A stretch of 64,000 nt of DNA from Anaeromyxobacteraceae bacterium (GCA_047602405.1 JASGHJ010000001.1:1024001-1088000); one strand, 5' to 3'. Numbered from the stretch's first letter, positions 13,803 through 28,911 are shown. Notes: generated by a model from the letters alone, not told the origin. Numbers and translations are program-made.

Positions 13803-14981
13803 CTACGCGTGCTGCGAACCCATGCCCGGCGCGGCGTGGCCCTCGTGGCCGTGGCCCTCGCCGTGCTCCTCGTCGTGGCCGTGGTGCACGAGGCCGGACC
13901 CGATGAAGAGCGCCGAGAGCATGGCGAAGATGTACGCCTGCACGAAGGCCACGAAGAGCTCGAGCATGAAGATGCCGAGCGCCATCGGGACCGACGCGAC
14001 CGCGACGAACTGCGACTTGAGCGCGAAGATCAGGCCGAGGAGGGCCAGGATGACGAAGTGGCCCGCGACCATGTTCGCGAAGAGACGGACGGTGAGGGCG
14101 AAGGGCTTCGTGAACAGGCCCAGGAACTCGACCGGGATCATGATCGGCCAGAGCCAGGCGAGGCTCTTCGGGACGCCGCCGGTCATGTGGGCGAGGAAGC
14201 CGCCGATGCCCATCGCCCGGATCGCCGCCCACTGGGTGATGACGAACGTGAAGAGCGCGAGCGCGACCGTGACCGAGAGGTTGGCGGTGGCGGTGGCGGC
14301 GAACGGCACGAGGCCGAGCAGGTTCATGAACAGGATGAAGAAGAACGCGGTCACGAGGTACGGCGTGAACCGATCCGCGTCCTTCTCGCCGATGTTCTTC
14401 ACCGCGATGTCGTTGCGGACGAAGGAGACCAGCACCTCGACGAAGTTGTAGACGCCGCGCGGGACGAGGGAGCGCTTGCGCGTGGCGGTGAAGGCGATCA
14501 CGAGCAGGATGGCGCTCGCGAGCCACATCATGATGACGTGCTTCGTCGGCGTCATGTCGAGGGTGCCGAACACGAGCGGGCCGGAGACGGCCTTGCCGGT
14601 CTCGGCGTCGCGGACGGTGCCGAACACGTGGTCGAGCTCGAGCTCGCAGTTCCAGGCGAAGCCGTGCTCGGGGCCGTTCGGGCCCTCGGTCTCGCAGACG
14701 CCGGGGTACTCCATCACGCGGCCATCGGAGACGTGGTGCATCATCACGCCGCCGAGGCTCTCGTCGTGCTTGCCGCCGTGGTGCGCCGCGGCCGCGCCGT
14801 GCTCGCCGGCGGCGGCGGCGCCGTGCTCCTCGTGGCCGGGGGCGGTGGGCGCGCCGTGCTCCGCCTCGACCGGCGCGAGCGTGCCCTGGGCGGCGGGGGC
14901 GTGTTCGGCGGGGGCCGTGGCAGGCTCGGCGTGCTGGCCGAGGGCGAGGACGAGCGCGAGGGTCGCGAGCGTGGAGGTCAT
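13803..14981 (-). CDS. atpB: ATP synthase Fo subunit a with extended His-rich N-terminus
   Basis: [32 protein letters not shown]. Confidence 0.93.
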   Translation of the reverse strand: MTSTLATLALVLALGQHAEPATAPAEHAPAAQGTLAPVEAEHGAPTAPGHEEHGAAAAGEHGAAAAHHGGKHDESLGGVMMHHVSDGRVMEYPGVCETEGPNGPEHGFAWNCELELDHVFGTVRDAETGKAVSGPLVFGTLDMTPTKHVIMMWLASAILLVIAFTATRKRSLVPRGVYNFVEVLVSFVRNDIAVKNIGEKDADRFTPYLVTAFFFILFMNLLGLVPFAATATANLSVTVALALFTFVITQWAAIRAMGIGGFLAHMTGGVPKSLAWLWPIMIPVEFLGLFTKPFALTVRLFANMVAGHFVILALLGLIFALKSQFVAVASVPMALGIFMLELFVAFVQAYIFAMLSALFIGSGLVHHGHDEEHGEGHGHEGHAAPGMGSQHA

Positions 14982-15340
14982 GCGGCTCCCGTTCCGTGGC
15001 GGAGCGAGTGGACGTGGGCGGCCTCGAGGGCCGCGAAGACGAAGAACGGCACGAAGAACGCGACGACGAAGGCGATGACGCTCTCGCCGCGGGTGGCGAC
15101 GAGCACCGTCCCGAGGGCGACGAGCACGAGGCGGACGAGGAAGCCGACCGTCATGATCGCGAGGGCGACCTGCATGGGCTTGCGGGCTCCGGCGGTCTTC
15201 CCGATGGCGAGCATCGAGGCGAGGCCGGTCACGCCCGCGATGCCGGCGCCGACGAGCGCGCCCTTCGCGTGCTGGCCGGAGACCGCGGCGACGCCGACGA
15301 ACAGGAGCGCGAGCGCGGCGGTGGCGAGCGTCCACTTCAC
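14978..15340 (-). CDS. atpI: ATP synthase protein I-like membrane protein
   Basis: Four hydrophobic helices directly upstream of atpB. Confidence 0.6.
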   Translation of the reverse strand: MKWTLATAALALLFVGVAAVSGQHAKGALVGAGIAGVTGLASMLAIGKTAGARKPMQVALAIMTVGFLVRLVLVALGTVLVATRGESVIAFVVAFFVPFFVFAALEAAHVHSLRHGTGAA

Positions 15341-15642
15341 CGACGGTCACCATCCTGCTTCCCGACGGGCGCGGACTTCTCGGCCTTGTTCATGCCGAGG
15401 ACCACCCGGAAGAAGCTGATGAACCCGCCGATCATCCCGACGACCGCTCCCACGATGAAGAACCAGGGGGTCCGGTTGCCGACCTTCCGGTCGAGCCAGT
15501 ACCCCGCACCCGCGAACACACCCACCGAGGCGACGAGGCTCCAGGAGGCGCTGATGTACGGCGCGGCCTTCTGGTAGCCGGAGGCCAGGCTCGAGAGCCC
15601 CTCCTCCTCGTTCCGGCGATCCTGCCCGTCCGGACCGGCCAA
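15337..15642 (-). CDS. AtpZ/AtpI family protein
   Basis: [19 protein letters not shown] motif; TTG start. Confidence 0.8.
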   Translation of the reverse strand: MAGPDGQDRRNEEEGLSSLASGYQKAAPYISASWSLVASVGVFAGAGYWLDRKVGNRTPWFFIVGAVVGMIGGFISFFRVVLGMNKAEKSAPVGKQDGDRR

Positions 15643-15742
15643 CGACGCCCCTTTCGATGCCCTCGACCCGCCCGCGCGATGACTCCGATGCCGCTCAGCG
15701 GTTGTTGAAATTGCCTGTGTTTTCGCGCGGGAAGGGCGGTTT

Positions 15743-15771
15743 CATCTAGCACGCGGGGACGAATCGGTCAA
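15743..15771 (-). promoter_or_regulatory. Putative sigma70 promoter of Fo operon
   Basis: TTGACC-N17-TAGATG with TG extended -10 on minus strand. Confidence 0.5.
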
Positions 15772-15916
15772 CGCGATCCCGCCCTCGCCGGGGCCTGACT
15801 CCGGCGGTGACGGACAGGCCCCGGGAGCCGGTGCCGGACACGCCCCGGGTGCGCGGCGGCCGTGTGGGCCAACCGCCCGAAAGGTGGAGGCATTTCGTCG
15901 CGGCGGGGAGCCGGGA

Positions 15917-16339
15917 TCAGGGCGGGGGCGCGGTCGGACCGGGCGGATCGGTCGCGAGGAGCCAGCCGCCGTAGAGCCCGGCGCCGCCGGCGAACGCCCA
16001 GGCGCCGTAGGCCGCGAACACGTCGAGGCCCCTGCCCGCCGGATCCTGCTGTCGCCGCGAGTCGACCATCGCGAGGCCTCCGAGGAGCGCGAGCCCGCCC
16101 GCGACGAGGAGCGCGCTCTTCCCCCGGAGCTGCCGCTGCTCCCGGGTCTCCCGTGGCGGACCGGCCGCCTGCGCCGCCGCCTGCCGGAGCGCCGCCTCTC
16201 GGAGGCGCCGGTCCTGCTCGCTGAGAGGCCGGAGCGCAGGCTTCGCCTCCAGGTCGGCGGCGGGAGCCTTCACCTTGGGTGCCTCTGCCGGCTCGCCCGC
16301 GAGCGTGAGCGCGATCAGCGCGGGGACGAGGACCGTCAT
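15917..16339 (-). CDS. Hypothetical membrane protein
   Basis: Signal-like N-terminus and two C-terminal hydrophobic segments. Confidence 0.5.
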   Translation of the reverse strand: MTVLVPALIALTLAGEPAEAPKVKAPAADLEAKPALRPLSEQDRRLREAALRQAAAQAAGPPRETREQRQLRGKSALLVAGGLALLGGLAMVDSRRQQDPAGRGLDVFAAYGAWAFAGGAGLYGGWLLATDPPGPTAPPP

Positions 16340-16385
16340 GGGGAGTGGATGCTCCGGGCCCCCCGCCGTGTGACACGACCGCACT

Positions 16386-16408
16386 CGCCCCTCGACAGGC
16401 TCGGGGCG
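16386..16408 (+). repeat. Short variant of repeat family A
   Basis: cgcccctcgacaggctcggggcg: same arms as family A without the internal hairpin. Confidence 0.5.
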
Positions 16409-16432
16409 ACCGGACTTCCGCAGAGGGCGCCG

Positions 16433-17578
16433 CTACTTCCCGGCGAGCGCCGCGAGCAGCCGGTCCACGTCGGCCGGGCCGTTGTAGACGTGCGGCGAGA
16501 CGCGGATCCGGTCGCCGCGCAGGGACGTCACGACCTTCGCGGCGTCGAGGCGCTTCCATGCGTCACGGGTCGCCTCGGGGGTCGCGGCGCGGACCGTGAC
16601 GACGTGGCTGCGGCCCTTCGAATCCACCGGCCCGGCGGGCTCGAAGCCGGACGGGAGGCCCGCGAGGAGCCGTTCGCCGAGCGCGCGCGCGTGCGCCTGC
16701 ACGGCCGCCGGCGAGATCTCGAGCAGCATCCTCAGCGACTCGGCGAGCGGCATCAGGTTGAAGAACGAGGCGGTCTCGTGCGCGTCGTAGCGGCGCGCGC
16801 CGGGGTGCAGCTCGACGGCCTCGGGGAGGTGGTTGAAGTCCTCCGAGCCGCGCACCGCCCACCAGTTGATGTCGCCGACCGCGAGCCGGTCGAGCACCGA
16901 CGGCGCGAAGAGACCGACCGCCGTGCCGTACGGGCCGAGCAGGAACTTGTAGGCGGCGGCCGCGTAGACGTCGACGCCGAGCGCGGCGAAGTCGACGGGC
17001 ATGGCGCCCGCGGCCTGGCTCCCGTCCATGACCACCAGCGCGCCGACCTTCCGCGCGGCCTCGACGACCGGCGCGGGGTCGATGCGCCCGCCGTGGAGGT
17101 ACGAGACCTGCGCGAAGGCGACGACGCGCGTGCGCGGACCGACCTCGGCGGCGAGCCGCTCGCCGGAGACGGCGCCGGTCGGGTGGTCCGGGTCGACGGT
17201 GCGGACCCGCACGCCGCGGCGCGCGAGCCAGCGCCACGGGAGGTCGTTCGCCGGGAACTCGTGCCGGGGCAGGAGCACCTCGTCGCCCTCGCCGAGCCCG
17301 AGGCCGCGCGAGACCGCGTTCACGACCGCGCCGGCGCCGGTCAGGAGCGCGACCGACTCCTCGCGCGCGCCGAGGAGCCGCGCGAAGAGCGTGCGCACCT
17401 CGGCCACGATCCCGACGTACGTCGCGCTCGTGATCCGCCACGGGCGCTCCTTGAGCGCGAGGGCCTCCTTGCCCGCGCGCGCGGCGGCGAGCGGGATGGG
17501 GCCCTGGCTCGCGGCGTCGAGGTAGGTCGTGCCCTCGAACGGCGCGAAGCGATCGGCCCAGCCGGCGGTGCCCGGCAT
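16433..17578 (-). CDS. Class V PLP-dependent aminotransferase (cysteine desulfurase/isopenicillin epimerase-like)
   Basis: YLDAASQG, DGSQAAG, AAYKFLLGPYG (PLP Lys), RIRVSPHVYN. Confidence 0.85.
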   Translation of the reverse strand: MPGTAGWADRFAPFEGTTYLDAASQGPIPLAAARAGKEALALKERPWRITSATYVGIVAEVRTLFARLLGAREESVALLTGAGAVVNAVSRGLGLGEGDEVLLPRHEFPANDLPWRWLARRGVRVRTVDPDHPTGAVSGERLAAEVGPRTRVVAFAQVSYLHGGRIDPAPVVEAARKVGALVVMDGSQAAGAMPVDFAALGVDVYAAAAYKFLLGPYGTAVGLFAPSVLDRLAVGDINWWAVRGSEDFNHLPEAVELHPGARRYDAHETASFFNLMPLAESLRMLLEISPAAVQAHARALGERLLAGLPSGFEPAGPVDSKGRSHVVTVRAATPEATRDAWKRLDAAKVVTSLRGDRIRVSPHVYNGPADVDRLLAALAGK

Positions 17579-17584
17579 CGGCGG

Positions 17585-18874
17585 CTAGACCTTCGCCGCC
17601 TCGGCGAAGGCGGCCTCCGCGGCCGCGATCGTCTTCTCGACGTCGTCGGTCGTGTGGGCGGTCGAGAGGAACGCCGCCTCGAACTGCGACGGCGGGAAGT
17701 AGACGCCGCGCTCGAGGAGCCCGTGGTGGAAGGCCGCGAAGCGCTTCGTGGAGGCCGCGCGCGCGGAGGCGGCGTCGAACACCGGCTTGTCCGAGAAGAA
17801 CACGGTCAGCATCGAGCCGACCCGGTTCACCTGCACCGGGACCTTCGCCTTCGCGGCGCCGGCGGCGAGCCCCTCGGCGAGGCGCGCGCTGCGCTCCTCG
17901 AGCGAGGCGTAGGCGGCGGGGGTCATGAGCTTCAAGGACGCCCAGCCCGCGGCCATCGCCATCGGGTTCCCCGACAGCGTGCCCGCCTGGTAGACCGGGC
18001 CCGCCGGCGCGACGACGTTCATCACGTCGGCGCGGCCGCCGAAGGCGCCGACCGGGAGGCCCGCGCCGATGACCTTGCCGAAGGTCACGAGGTCCGGCTT
18101 CACGCCGTAGAGGCCGCAGGCGCCGCCCGCGGAGACGCGGAAGCCGGTCATCACCTCGTCGATGATGAGGAGCGCGCCGTGCTTGCGGCAGGTGTCGAGC
18201 AGGCCCTGCAGGTACCCGGTCTTCGGCACGAGGACGCCCATGTTGCCGACGATCGGCTCCACGATGACGCACGCGATCTTCGAGCCGTGGGCCGCGAAGA
18301 GCTTCTCGACCGCGGGGAGGTCGTTGTAGGGCAGGGTGAGGGTGTGCTTCGCGACGTCGGCCGGCACGCCCGGCGAGTCGGGGAGGCCGAGCGTCTCGAC
18401 GCCGGAGCCCGCCTTCACGAGGAGCGGATCGCCCGCCCCGTGGTAGCAGCCGTCGAACTTCACGATGTCGTCGCGGCCGGTGAAGCCGCGGGCGACGCGG
18501 ATCGCGGCGGTGGTCGCCTCGGTGCCGGACGAGGTGAAGCGCATGCGCTCGACCCAGGGCATCCGCTCCTGGACGAGCTCGGCGAGCTGGATCTCGCGCG
18601 GCGAGGGAGCGCCGTAGGAGGAGCCGTCCTTCATCGCCTCCTGCACCTCCCGCATCACCTCGGGGTGGCAGTGGCCGACGATCATCGGCCCCCACGAGAG
18701 CACGTAGTCGACGTAGTCGTTCCCGTCGACGTCGATCATGTGCGAGCCGCGCCCGCGGGCGATGAAGCGGGGCGTGCCGCCCACGCCGCGGAATGCGCGG
18801 ACGGGGCTGTTCACGCCGCCGGGGAAGAGGGTGTTCGCCTTCGCGAACAGCTTCTCGCTGAGCTCGGTCTTCAC
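17585..18874 (-). CDS. hemL: Glutamate-1-semialdehyde 2,1-aminomutase
   Basis: PGGVNSPVRAF, SGTEAT, DEVMTGFR, FGKVIG, YQAGTLSGNP. Confidence 0.97.
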   Translation of the reverse strand: MKTELSEKLFAKANTLFPGGVNSPVRAFRGVGGTPRFIARGRGSHMIDVDGNDYVDYVLSWGPMIVGHCHPEVMREVQEAMKDGSSYGAPSPREIQLAELVQERMPWVERMRFTSSGTEATTAAIRVARGFTGRDDIVKFDGCYHGAGDPLLVKAGSGVETLGLPDSPGVPADVAKHTLTLPYNDLPAVEKLFAAHGSKIACVIVEPIVGNMGVLVPKTGYLQGLLDTCRKHGALLIIDEVMTGFRVSAGGACGLYGVKPDLVTFGKVIGAGLPVGAFGGRADVMNVVAPAGPVYQAGTLSGNPMAMAAGWASLKLMTPAAYASLEERSARLAEGLAAGAAKAKVPVQVNRVGSMLTVFFSDKPVFDAASARAASTKRFAAFHHGLLERGVYFPPSQFEAAFLSTAHTTDDVEKTIAAAEAAFAEAAKV

Positions 18875-19728
18875 GGGGTCTCCCTGGGGTTGGGCTTGTG
18901 CTTCGAGTGGTCGAAGGCGGTGGCCTTGTCGCCCGGCAGGGCGGGGGCCATCTTCTCGCGGCGCTCGCGGACGGCGTCGATGGCCGTGCGGATCGCCTCG
19001 GGGTTCGGGTGCTGGGGCAGGGCGAGCGCGTAGAGCTCGAGGGCCCGGTCGAACCGGTTCGCCTGCGCGTGGATGTGGGCCTGGCCCTCGAGCGCGCGCG
19101 CGGCGGTCTCGGGGCGGGGGTGGCTGTCGACGAGGGCCTGGAACGCGCGCATCGCCTCGTCGTCGCGCTTCTCGAGCGACCAGGCCTGCGCGGTGAGGAG
19201 CTGCCCCTCCTCCGCGAGCGGGTCCATCGGCCACCGGTCACGCAGCACGCGGGCCTCGACCCGCGCCTGCTCGTAGTTCTTGAGCTCGAGGTAGCACTTC
19301 GCGACCTCGAGCTGGTACCGCGGCGCCTCCGGCGCGCCCGAGCTCGCCACCTCCGCGTACTGCGCGATGGCGGCGAGGTCGTCGCGGAAGCGCTCCCGGT
19401 AGATGTCGCCGACCACGACGCGCGCGTCGCGGGCCTCCTTCGTGCCGGGCGCGATCGAGACGATCCGCCGGTAGTAGGAGATCGCGCCGACGTAGTCGCC
19501 GAGCTCGAGGTAGGAGACGTCGCCCGCGAAGCGCAGCGCCTTGAGCCGCACCGCCTGGTCGGCCGCGCCGAGCGGCGCCTCGCCGAGCTGGGCGAGGATC
19601 TCCTTGTACGCCTGGAGCGCGCCCCGGGCGTCGCCGGCGACGCGCTTCGCGTTCGCGGCCTCCAGCTTGCTCGCCACCCCGCTGCACGCGGCCAGGGCGG
19701 CGGCCAGTATCAGTCCCGTCACGCGCAT
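18871..19728 (-). CDS. TPR lipoprotein (BamD/YfiO-like architecture)
   Basis: Lipobox LAAC, repeated TPR helices. Confidence 0.7.
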   Translation of the reverse strand: MRVTGLILAAALAACSGVASKLEAANAKRVAGDARGALQAYKEILAQLGEAPLGAADQAVRLKALRFAGDVSYLELGDYVGAISYYRRIVSIAPGTKEARDARVVVGDIYRERFRDDLAAIAQYAEVASSGAPEAPRYQLEVAKCYLELKNYEQARVEARVLRDRWPMDPLAEEGQLLTAQAWSLEKRDDEAMRAFQALVDSHPRPETAARALEGQAHIHAQANRFDRALELYALALPQHPNPEAIRTAIDAVRERREKMAPALPGDKATAFDHSKHKPNPRETP

Positions 19729-19742
19729 CTTGGATCCGCCCA

Positions 19743-19784
19743 CCCCGAGCGTAGCCCCGCCGGAGGCGGGGCGGAGTCGAGGGG
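19743..19784 (-). repeat. Repeat family A copy downstream of gyrA
   Basis: Reverse complement reads cccctcgactccg-[ccccgcc hairpin ggcgggg]-ctacgctcgggg. Confidence 0.8.
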
Positions 19785-19792
19785 CCAGGACC

Positions 19793-22519
<2,727 letters not shown>

Positions 22520-22711
22520 GGGCGGGGTCGCTCGTCGAGGGCCTGAAGCGGTGCGTTGGAACGGGCCGGAGCGACTGGGTTTTCTACCAGAAACCCCCTG
22601 TTCCTTCAAGGGGATGAGCCCATATGACGAGCCGCCCCGTGTTCACACACGGTGCGGCTCGGCGCTGCGAAATCGCTGGGGTTCAGGGGCCTCGGATGGC
22701 CCCCGTTCGGG

Positions 22712-23110
22712 CTACCCGCCGCCGACGCGCATCCGGGCGGTGGCGCGCTTCACGCGGGCCGCCTCCTCCCGGTAGGCCTCGTCCTGCTCGGTCATCTTGA
22801 GCAGGCGGTTCTGGGCGTCCTCGAAGGCGCGCTTCGCGCGGTCGACGTCGATGTCGGCCGCCGCCTCGGCGGTGTCGGCGAGGACGATGACGCGGTTGTC
22901 GGCGACCTGGAAGAAGCCGCCGCCGATCGCGTAGCGGTGCTCCCGCCCGCCCTCGACGTAGACCAGCATCCCGGCCTCGAGCGCGGTCATGAACGGCTCG
23001 TGGTTGAGCCGTACGCCGAAGCCGCCGCCGGCGCCCGGCGCGCGCACCTCGTCGCACGTGACCGAGAGGACGCGGCGCTCCGGCGTGACGATGTCGAGTG
23101 TGAGGGCCAT
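22712..23110 (-). CDS. atpC: ATP synthase F1 epsilon
   Basis: LDIVTPER, GFGVRLNHEP, GGFFQV. Confidence 0.93.
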   Translation of the reverse strand: MALTLDIVTPERRVLSVTCDEVRAPGAGGGFGVRLNHEPFMTALEAGMLVYVEGGREHRYAIGGGFFQVADNRVIVLADTAEAAADIDVDRAKRAFEDAQNRLLKMTEQDEAYREEAARVKRATARMRVGGG

Positions 23111-23131
23111 GGTGCTCTCCCGGTCGACGGA

Positions 23132-24595
<1,464 letters not shown>

Positions 24596-24636
24596 TTAAG
24601 TTCCCTGAAGAGACGTGTTCCCGAAAGGCAAGAAGG

Positions 24637-25509
24637 CTACTTGAGCGCCTCGGCGCCGCCGACGATCTCCATGAGCTCCTTCGTCACGGCGGCCTGGCGG
24701 GCCCGGTTGTACTGAAGCGTGAGCAGGCCGATCATCTCCTCGGCGTTCTTCGTCGCGCTCTCCATCGCGCTCATGCGCGCGCCGTGCTCGGACGCGGCCG
24801 ACTCGAGGAGCGCGCGCCACACCTGCATCGCGATGTGGCGCGGGAGCAGGTCGGCGAGCAGCTGCTCGCGGGAGGGCTCGTACTTGAAGTCGATGTCCGC
24901 CTGGCCCGGCGCGGGCGGCGGCGTCTCGATCGGCAGGAGCTGGACCACCACCGGCTTCTGGGCGATCGCGCTCTTGAACTCGTTGTAGCAGAGGAAGACC
25001 GCGTCCACCTCGCCGGCGAGCCAGCGCTCGGAGTACTCCCGCGCGAGCTCCTCGGCCTTCTGGTACGCGAGGCCGGCGTGCACGCCGAGGTAGTCCTTGC
25101 GGACCGCGATGCGGCGGGCGCGGAAGTAGTCGCGGCCCTTGCGGCCGATGGTGGCGAGCTCGATCTTCGAGAAGCGCTCGCCGTTCTCCACCAGGAACCG
25201 CTGCGTGCGCCGGGCGATGTTGGAGTTGAAGCCGCCGGCGAGGCCACGGTCGGAGGTGATGACCACCACCTCGGCCGTCTTCTGCTCGCGCGCCCGGAGC
25301 AGCGGGTGCGCCGCCTGCTCCTCGCCCGCCGCCCGCGCGGCGACGCGCGAGAGGGTCTGGTCGAGGAGCTGGGCGTACGGCCTGGTCTTGAGGATGGCGT
25401 CCTGCGCGCGGCGGAGCTTCGCCGCGGCCACCATCTTCATGGCCTTCGTGATCTGGCGCGTCGACTTGACCGAGCCGATCCGGTTGCGGATGTCGCGAAG
25501 CGATGCCAT
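24637..25509 (-). CDS. atpG: ATP synthase F1 gamma
   Basis: [33 protein letters not shown]. Confidence 0.97.
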   Translation of the reverse strand: MASLRDIRNRIGSVKSTRQITKAMKMVAAAKLRRAQDAILKTRPYAQLLDQTLSRVAARAAGEEQAAHPLLRAREQKTAEVVVITSDRGLAGGFNSNIARRTQRFLVENGERFSKIELATIGRKGRDYFRARRIAVRKDYLGVHAGLAYQKAEELAREYSERWLAGEVDAVFLCYNEFKSAIAQKPVVVQLLPIETPPPAPGQADIDFKYEPSREQLLADLLPRHIAMQVWRALLESAASEHGARMSAMESATKNAEEMIGLLTLQYNRARQAAVTKELMEIVGGAEALK

Positions 25510-25522
25510 CCGTGCTCCCTCG

Positions 25523-27053
25523 CTACGCGGCCTGGAAGATGCCGCGGAACTCCTTCAGCGCGGCGTCGAGCTGCTTGCGGATGCCGTCGTCGAGCGCCTT
25601 CTTCTCCGCGATTGTCTTCGCGACCTCCGGGTGGCGGCCGTCGAGGAACTCCATGAGCTCCTTCATGTACCGGCCGACCTGGTTCGTCGGGACGTTGCGG
25701 ATCCAGCCCGTGCCGTTCTCGTCCTTCTGCGTGGCGGCGTAGATCTCGGATGACCTGCTTCTCGACCGGCATCGGGCTGTACTGGCCCTGCTTCAGGAGC
25801 TCGACGAGGCGCTCGCCGCGGGCGAGCGTGTCCTGGGTGGACTTGTCGAGGTCGGAGCCGAACTGGGCGAACGCGGCGAGCTCGCGGTACTGGGCGAGCT
25901 CGAGCTTCAGGGAGCCCGCGACCTGCTTCATCGCCTTGATCTGCGCGGAGCCGCCGACGCGGGACACCGAGATGCCGACGTTGATGGCCGGCCGGACGCC
26001 CTGGAAGAAGAGGTTCGACTCGAGGAAGATCTGGCCGTCGGTGATCGAGATGACGTTCGTCGGGATGTAGGCCGACACGTCACCGGCCTGCGTCTCGATG
26101 ATGGGGAGCGCGGTGAGCGACCCGCCACCCTCCTTGTCGGAGAGCTTCGCGGCGCGCTCGAGCAGGCGGCTGTGGAGGTAGAAGACGTCGCCCGGGTACG
26201 CCTCGCGGCCCGGCGGGCGGCGGAGGAGCAGGGAGAGCTGGCGGTACGCGACGGCCTGCTTCGAGAGGTCGTCGTACACGATGAGCGCGTGGCGGCCGGT
26301 GTCGCGGAAGTACTCGGCCATCGTCACGCCGGTGTACGGCGCGAGGTACTGCATCGGGGCCGGGTCGGACGCGTTCGCCGCGATGACCGTCGTGTACTCC
26401 ATCGCGCCGTACTGGCTGAGCTTGTCGACGACGCGGGCGACCGTGGACTGCTTCTGGCCGATGGCGACGTAGAAGCAGTGGAGGTTCTGCCCCTTGTTGT
26501 TGATGATCGTGTCGATCGCGACGGCGGTCTTGCCGGTCTGGCGGTCGCCGAGGATGAGCTCGCGCTGGCCGCGGCCGATCGGCACGAGGGCGTCGACGGC
26601 CTTCAGGCCGGTCTGCATCGGCTCGTGCACCGACTTGCGCTTCACGATGCCGGGGGCCTTGAGCTCGATCTTGCGGGTCTGCTTCGCGTTGATCGGGCCG
26701 CGGCCGTCGATCGGGTTGCCGAGGCCGTCCACCACGCGGCCGAGCAGCTCCTCGCCGACCGGCACCTCGGCGATCTTGCCGGTGCGCTTGACGGGGTCGC
26801 CCTCGCGGATGTGCTCGTACTCGCCCATGATCGCGGCGCCGACGTTGTCCTCCTCGAGGTTGAGGACGAGGCCGCGCACGCCGCCCGGGAACTCGAGCAG
26901 CTCGCCGGCGGCGGCGCCGGAGAGGCCGTAGATGCGCGCGACGCCGTCCGCCTGGCTCAGCACGGAGCCGGTCTCGGCGACGTCCACCTTCTTGCCGTAG
27001 TCCTTGATCTGCTCGCGGATGATGCGGCTGATCTCGTCGGCGCGGATTTCCAT
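25523..27053 (-). CDS. atpA: ATP synthase F1 alpha (one extra base near 25749, probable sequencing error)
   Basis: [22 protein letters not shown]; span is 3n+1 and the C-terminus (IYAATQK...FRGIFQAA) continues in another frame. Confidence 0.93.
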
Positions 27054-27134
27054 CGGGCTGTTCTCCGGTGAGGCGGTGCGGGGTTGTTCTGTCGGCTTCG
27101 GCCGCTGCCGCGGCCTCCGCCCGGGAGCGTTCGG

Positions 27135-27674
27135 CTACTGCTTGAGCTCGCGGCGCAGGGCCTCGAGCTGGGACTTGATGGAGCCGTCGAAGACGAGCGA
27201 GCCGACGCGGGCGACGACGCCGCCCAGGAGCCCGGGGTCCACGGCGCGCTCGACGATGACCTGGTTCTTCGTGGCCCTCGAGAGCTTCTCGGCGAGCGCC
27301 TTCTCCGCGGCGGCGTCGAGCGGGACCGCGCTCGTGACCTGCGCGCGGATGCGGCCGAGCTTCGTGTCGGCGAGCTCGCGGAAGGTGCGGACGATGTCGC
27401 CGAGCGCGGCGAGGCGGTTCCGGTCGCCGAGGAGGAAGAGGAGGCTCGTCGGCTCCGCGTCGAGCTTCATCGCCCTCGCGAGGCCCGACACGATCTCCTT
27501 GCGCTGCTCGCGCGAGTAGACCGGGTTGGAGAGGACGTCCTCGAGGTCGGGAGAACCGTCGATGGCCGCCTGGAGCGCCACGAGGGCGTCCGACCAGGCC
27601 TCGACGCGGTTCTGTTCGACCGCCAGGCCGAACAGCGCCCGGGCGTACCGGCGAGCAATGGAACCGGAGGTCAT
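27135..27674 (-). CDS. atpH: ATP synthase F1 delta
   Basis: IARRYARALF, VTSAVPL, LLGGVVARVG..FDGSIKSQL. Confidence 0.94.
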   Translation of the reverse strand: MTSGSIARRYARALFGLAVEQNRVEAWSDALVALQAAIDGSPDLEDVLSNPVYSREQRKEIVSGLARAMKLDAEPTSLLFLLGDRNRLAALGDIVRTFRELADTKLGRIRAQVTSAVPLDAAAEKALAEKLSRATKNQVIVERAVDPGLLGGVVARVGSLVFDGSIKSQLEALRRELKQ

Positions 27675-27814
27675 AGGGGGCTTGCGAGGTATCACGCCCC
27701 GAAGGGTGCGTCAAGGTGATTCACCCCGGGATTCGCGGGCTTGGACCTGATTTGACAGTCGTCCCCCCCGCCTTACGTTCGCCTCGCAACAAGGTCCCGA
27801 AAGGAGAGAAAGAA

Positions 27815-28252
27815 ATGGCGATTCTGACCTGGCGTGAGCCGTTCCGCGATCTGGCGCGGCTCCAGGACGAGATGATGCGGGCGTTCGACGATCGCGGCTA
27901 CAGCGCGAGCGGTGAGTCCGTGGGCTGGACCCCGGCCGCCGACATCTACGAGGACTCGGAGGGCGTGTCCCTGCGCTTCGACCTCGCCGGCGTCGACCCG
28001 AAGGACGTCGACATCCGCTTCGAGAACGGCGTCCTCACCTTGAAGGGCGAGCGCAAGCTCGAGAAGGCCGATCAGCGGCAGAACTACCACCGCGTGGAGC
28101 TGGCGTACGGGACGTTCACCCGCTCGTTCTCGCTCCCCGGCACCGTCGACCCGGACAAGATCCGCGCCGAGGCCAAGAACGGCGTCCTGAACGTCTTCGT
28201 GCCGAAGCGCGCCGAGGCGAAGCCCCGCAGCATCCAGGTGAAGGTCAGCTGA
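27815..28252 (+). CDS. Hsp20/alpha-crystallin small heat-shock protein
   Basis: PAADIYE, ENGVLTLKGER, YGTFTRSFSLP, NGVL; AAGGAG RBS; upstream TTGACA-N16-TACGTT at 27752-27779. Confidence 0.93.
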   Translation: MAILTWREPFRDLARLQDEMMRAFDDRGYSASGESVGWTPAADIYEDSEGVSLRFDLAGVDPKDVDIRFENGVLTLKGERKLEKADQRQNYHRVELAYGTFTRSFSLPGTVDPDKIRAEAKNGVLNVFVPKRAEAKPRSIQVKVS

Positions 28253-28256
28253 GCTT

Positions 28257-28311
28257 CCGGGGGCTGGCGCCCCCGCCCCGACCCGCGAAGCGGGATCGGG
28301 GCCCCACCCCA
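28257..28311 (-). repeat. Palindromic repeat family B, copy 2
   Basis: Reverse complement reads ggggtggggcccc-[hairpin]-ggggcgggggcgccagcccccgg. Confidence 0.7.
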
Positions 28312-28333
28312 GGAAAGGGCCCGGCTTGAGGGT

Positions 28334-28385
28334 CCACAAACGCCACGGGCGGCCCAGGACGGGCCGCCCGTGTGCCTTTTGTGGG
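28334..28385. terminator. Probable bidirectional intrinsic terminator between hsp20 and bactofilin
   Basis: 12-bp stem cacgggcggccc/gggccgcccgtg with short T runs on both strands. Confidence 0.55.
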
Positions 28386-28432
28386 CGTTCACCTAACGTG
28401 AACGCCTTCGCTCCGATGGGGCGAAGAACCGA

Positions 28433-28478
28433 CCGTCCCGAGCGTAGGCCCGCGCAGCGGGCCGGAGACGAGGGACGG
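28433..28478 (-). repeat. Repeat family A copy downstream of bactofilin
   Basis: Reverse complement reads ccgtccctcgtctccggcccgctgcgcgggcctacgctcgggacgg. Confidence 0.85.
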
Positions 28479-28494
28479 ACGAGGACCGCGCGGA

Positions 28495-28911
28495 CTACTT
28501 GACGGCCTGCACCGGCGCCGGGCTCGTGCTCGGCGCGGCGCCCTTCGCGTCCGCCATCTTGCACTGACCCTCGAACATGACGCCCTTCTCGATCATGAGC
28601 GAGGGCGCCTCGATGTTGCCGCGCACGCGCGCGGGGTGGTGCAGCTCGATGCCCGTCTTCGCGCGGACGTTCCCGTTGATCTCGCCGTGCACGATGATCG
28701 TGCCGCACTGGATCTCGGCCTGGATCTTCGCGCCCTCGCCGACGACGAGCACGTCGTTCGTGACGATGGTGCCGGTGAACTTCCCGTCGATGCGGACGGT
28801 CCCCTCGAAGGTGAGCTTGCCCTCGAACTCGGAGCCGCGGCCGAGGAGCGCGTTGAGCTCGCCGGTCGGGGTGGGGATGGAAGAGAGCTCCTCGCGCTTC
28901 AGCATGGCCAT
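28495..28911 (-). CDS. Bactofilin (polymer-forming cytoskeletal protein), BacM-like
   Basis: LLGRGSEFEGKL...VRIDGKFTG beta-helix repeats; adjacent to parB as for Myxococcus bacM. Confidence 0.9.
   Translation of the reverse strand: MAMLKREELSSIPTPTGELNALLGRGSEFEGKLTFEGTVRIDGKFTGTIVTNDVLVVGEGAKIQAEIQCGTIIVHGEINGNVRAKTGIELHHPARVRGNIEAPSLMIEKGVMFEGQCKMADAKGAAPSTSPAPVQAVK

Noticed and set aside
25523..27053. atpA as pseudogene or programmed frameshift
   Set aside because: Single extra base in an otherwise intact conserved gene with no slippery motif; same pattern as dnaN, so most likely a consensus error
27675..27814. CIRCE operator upstream of hsp20 given nearby hrcA
   Set aside because: No TTAGCACTC-N9-GAGTGCTAA match found
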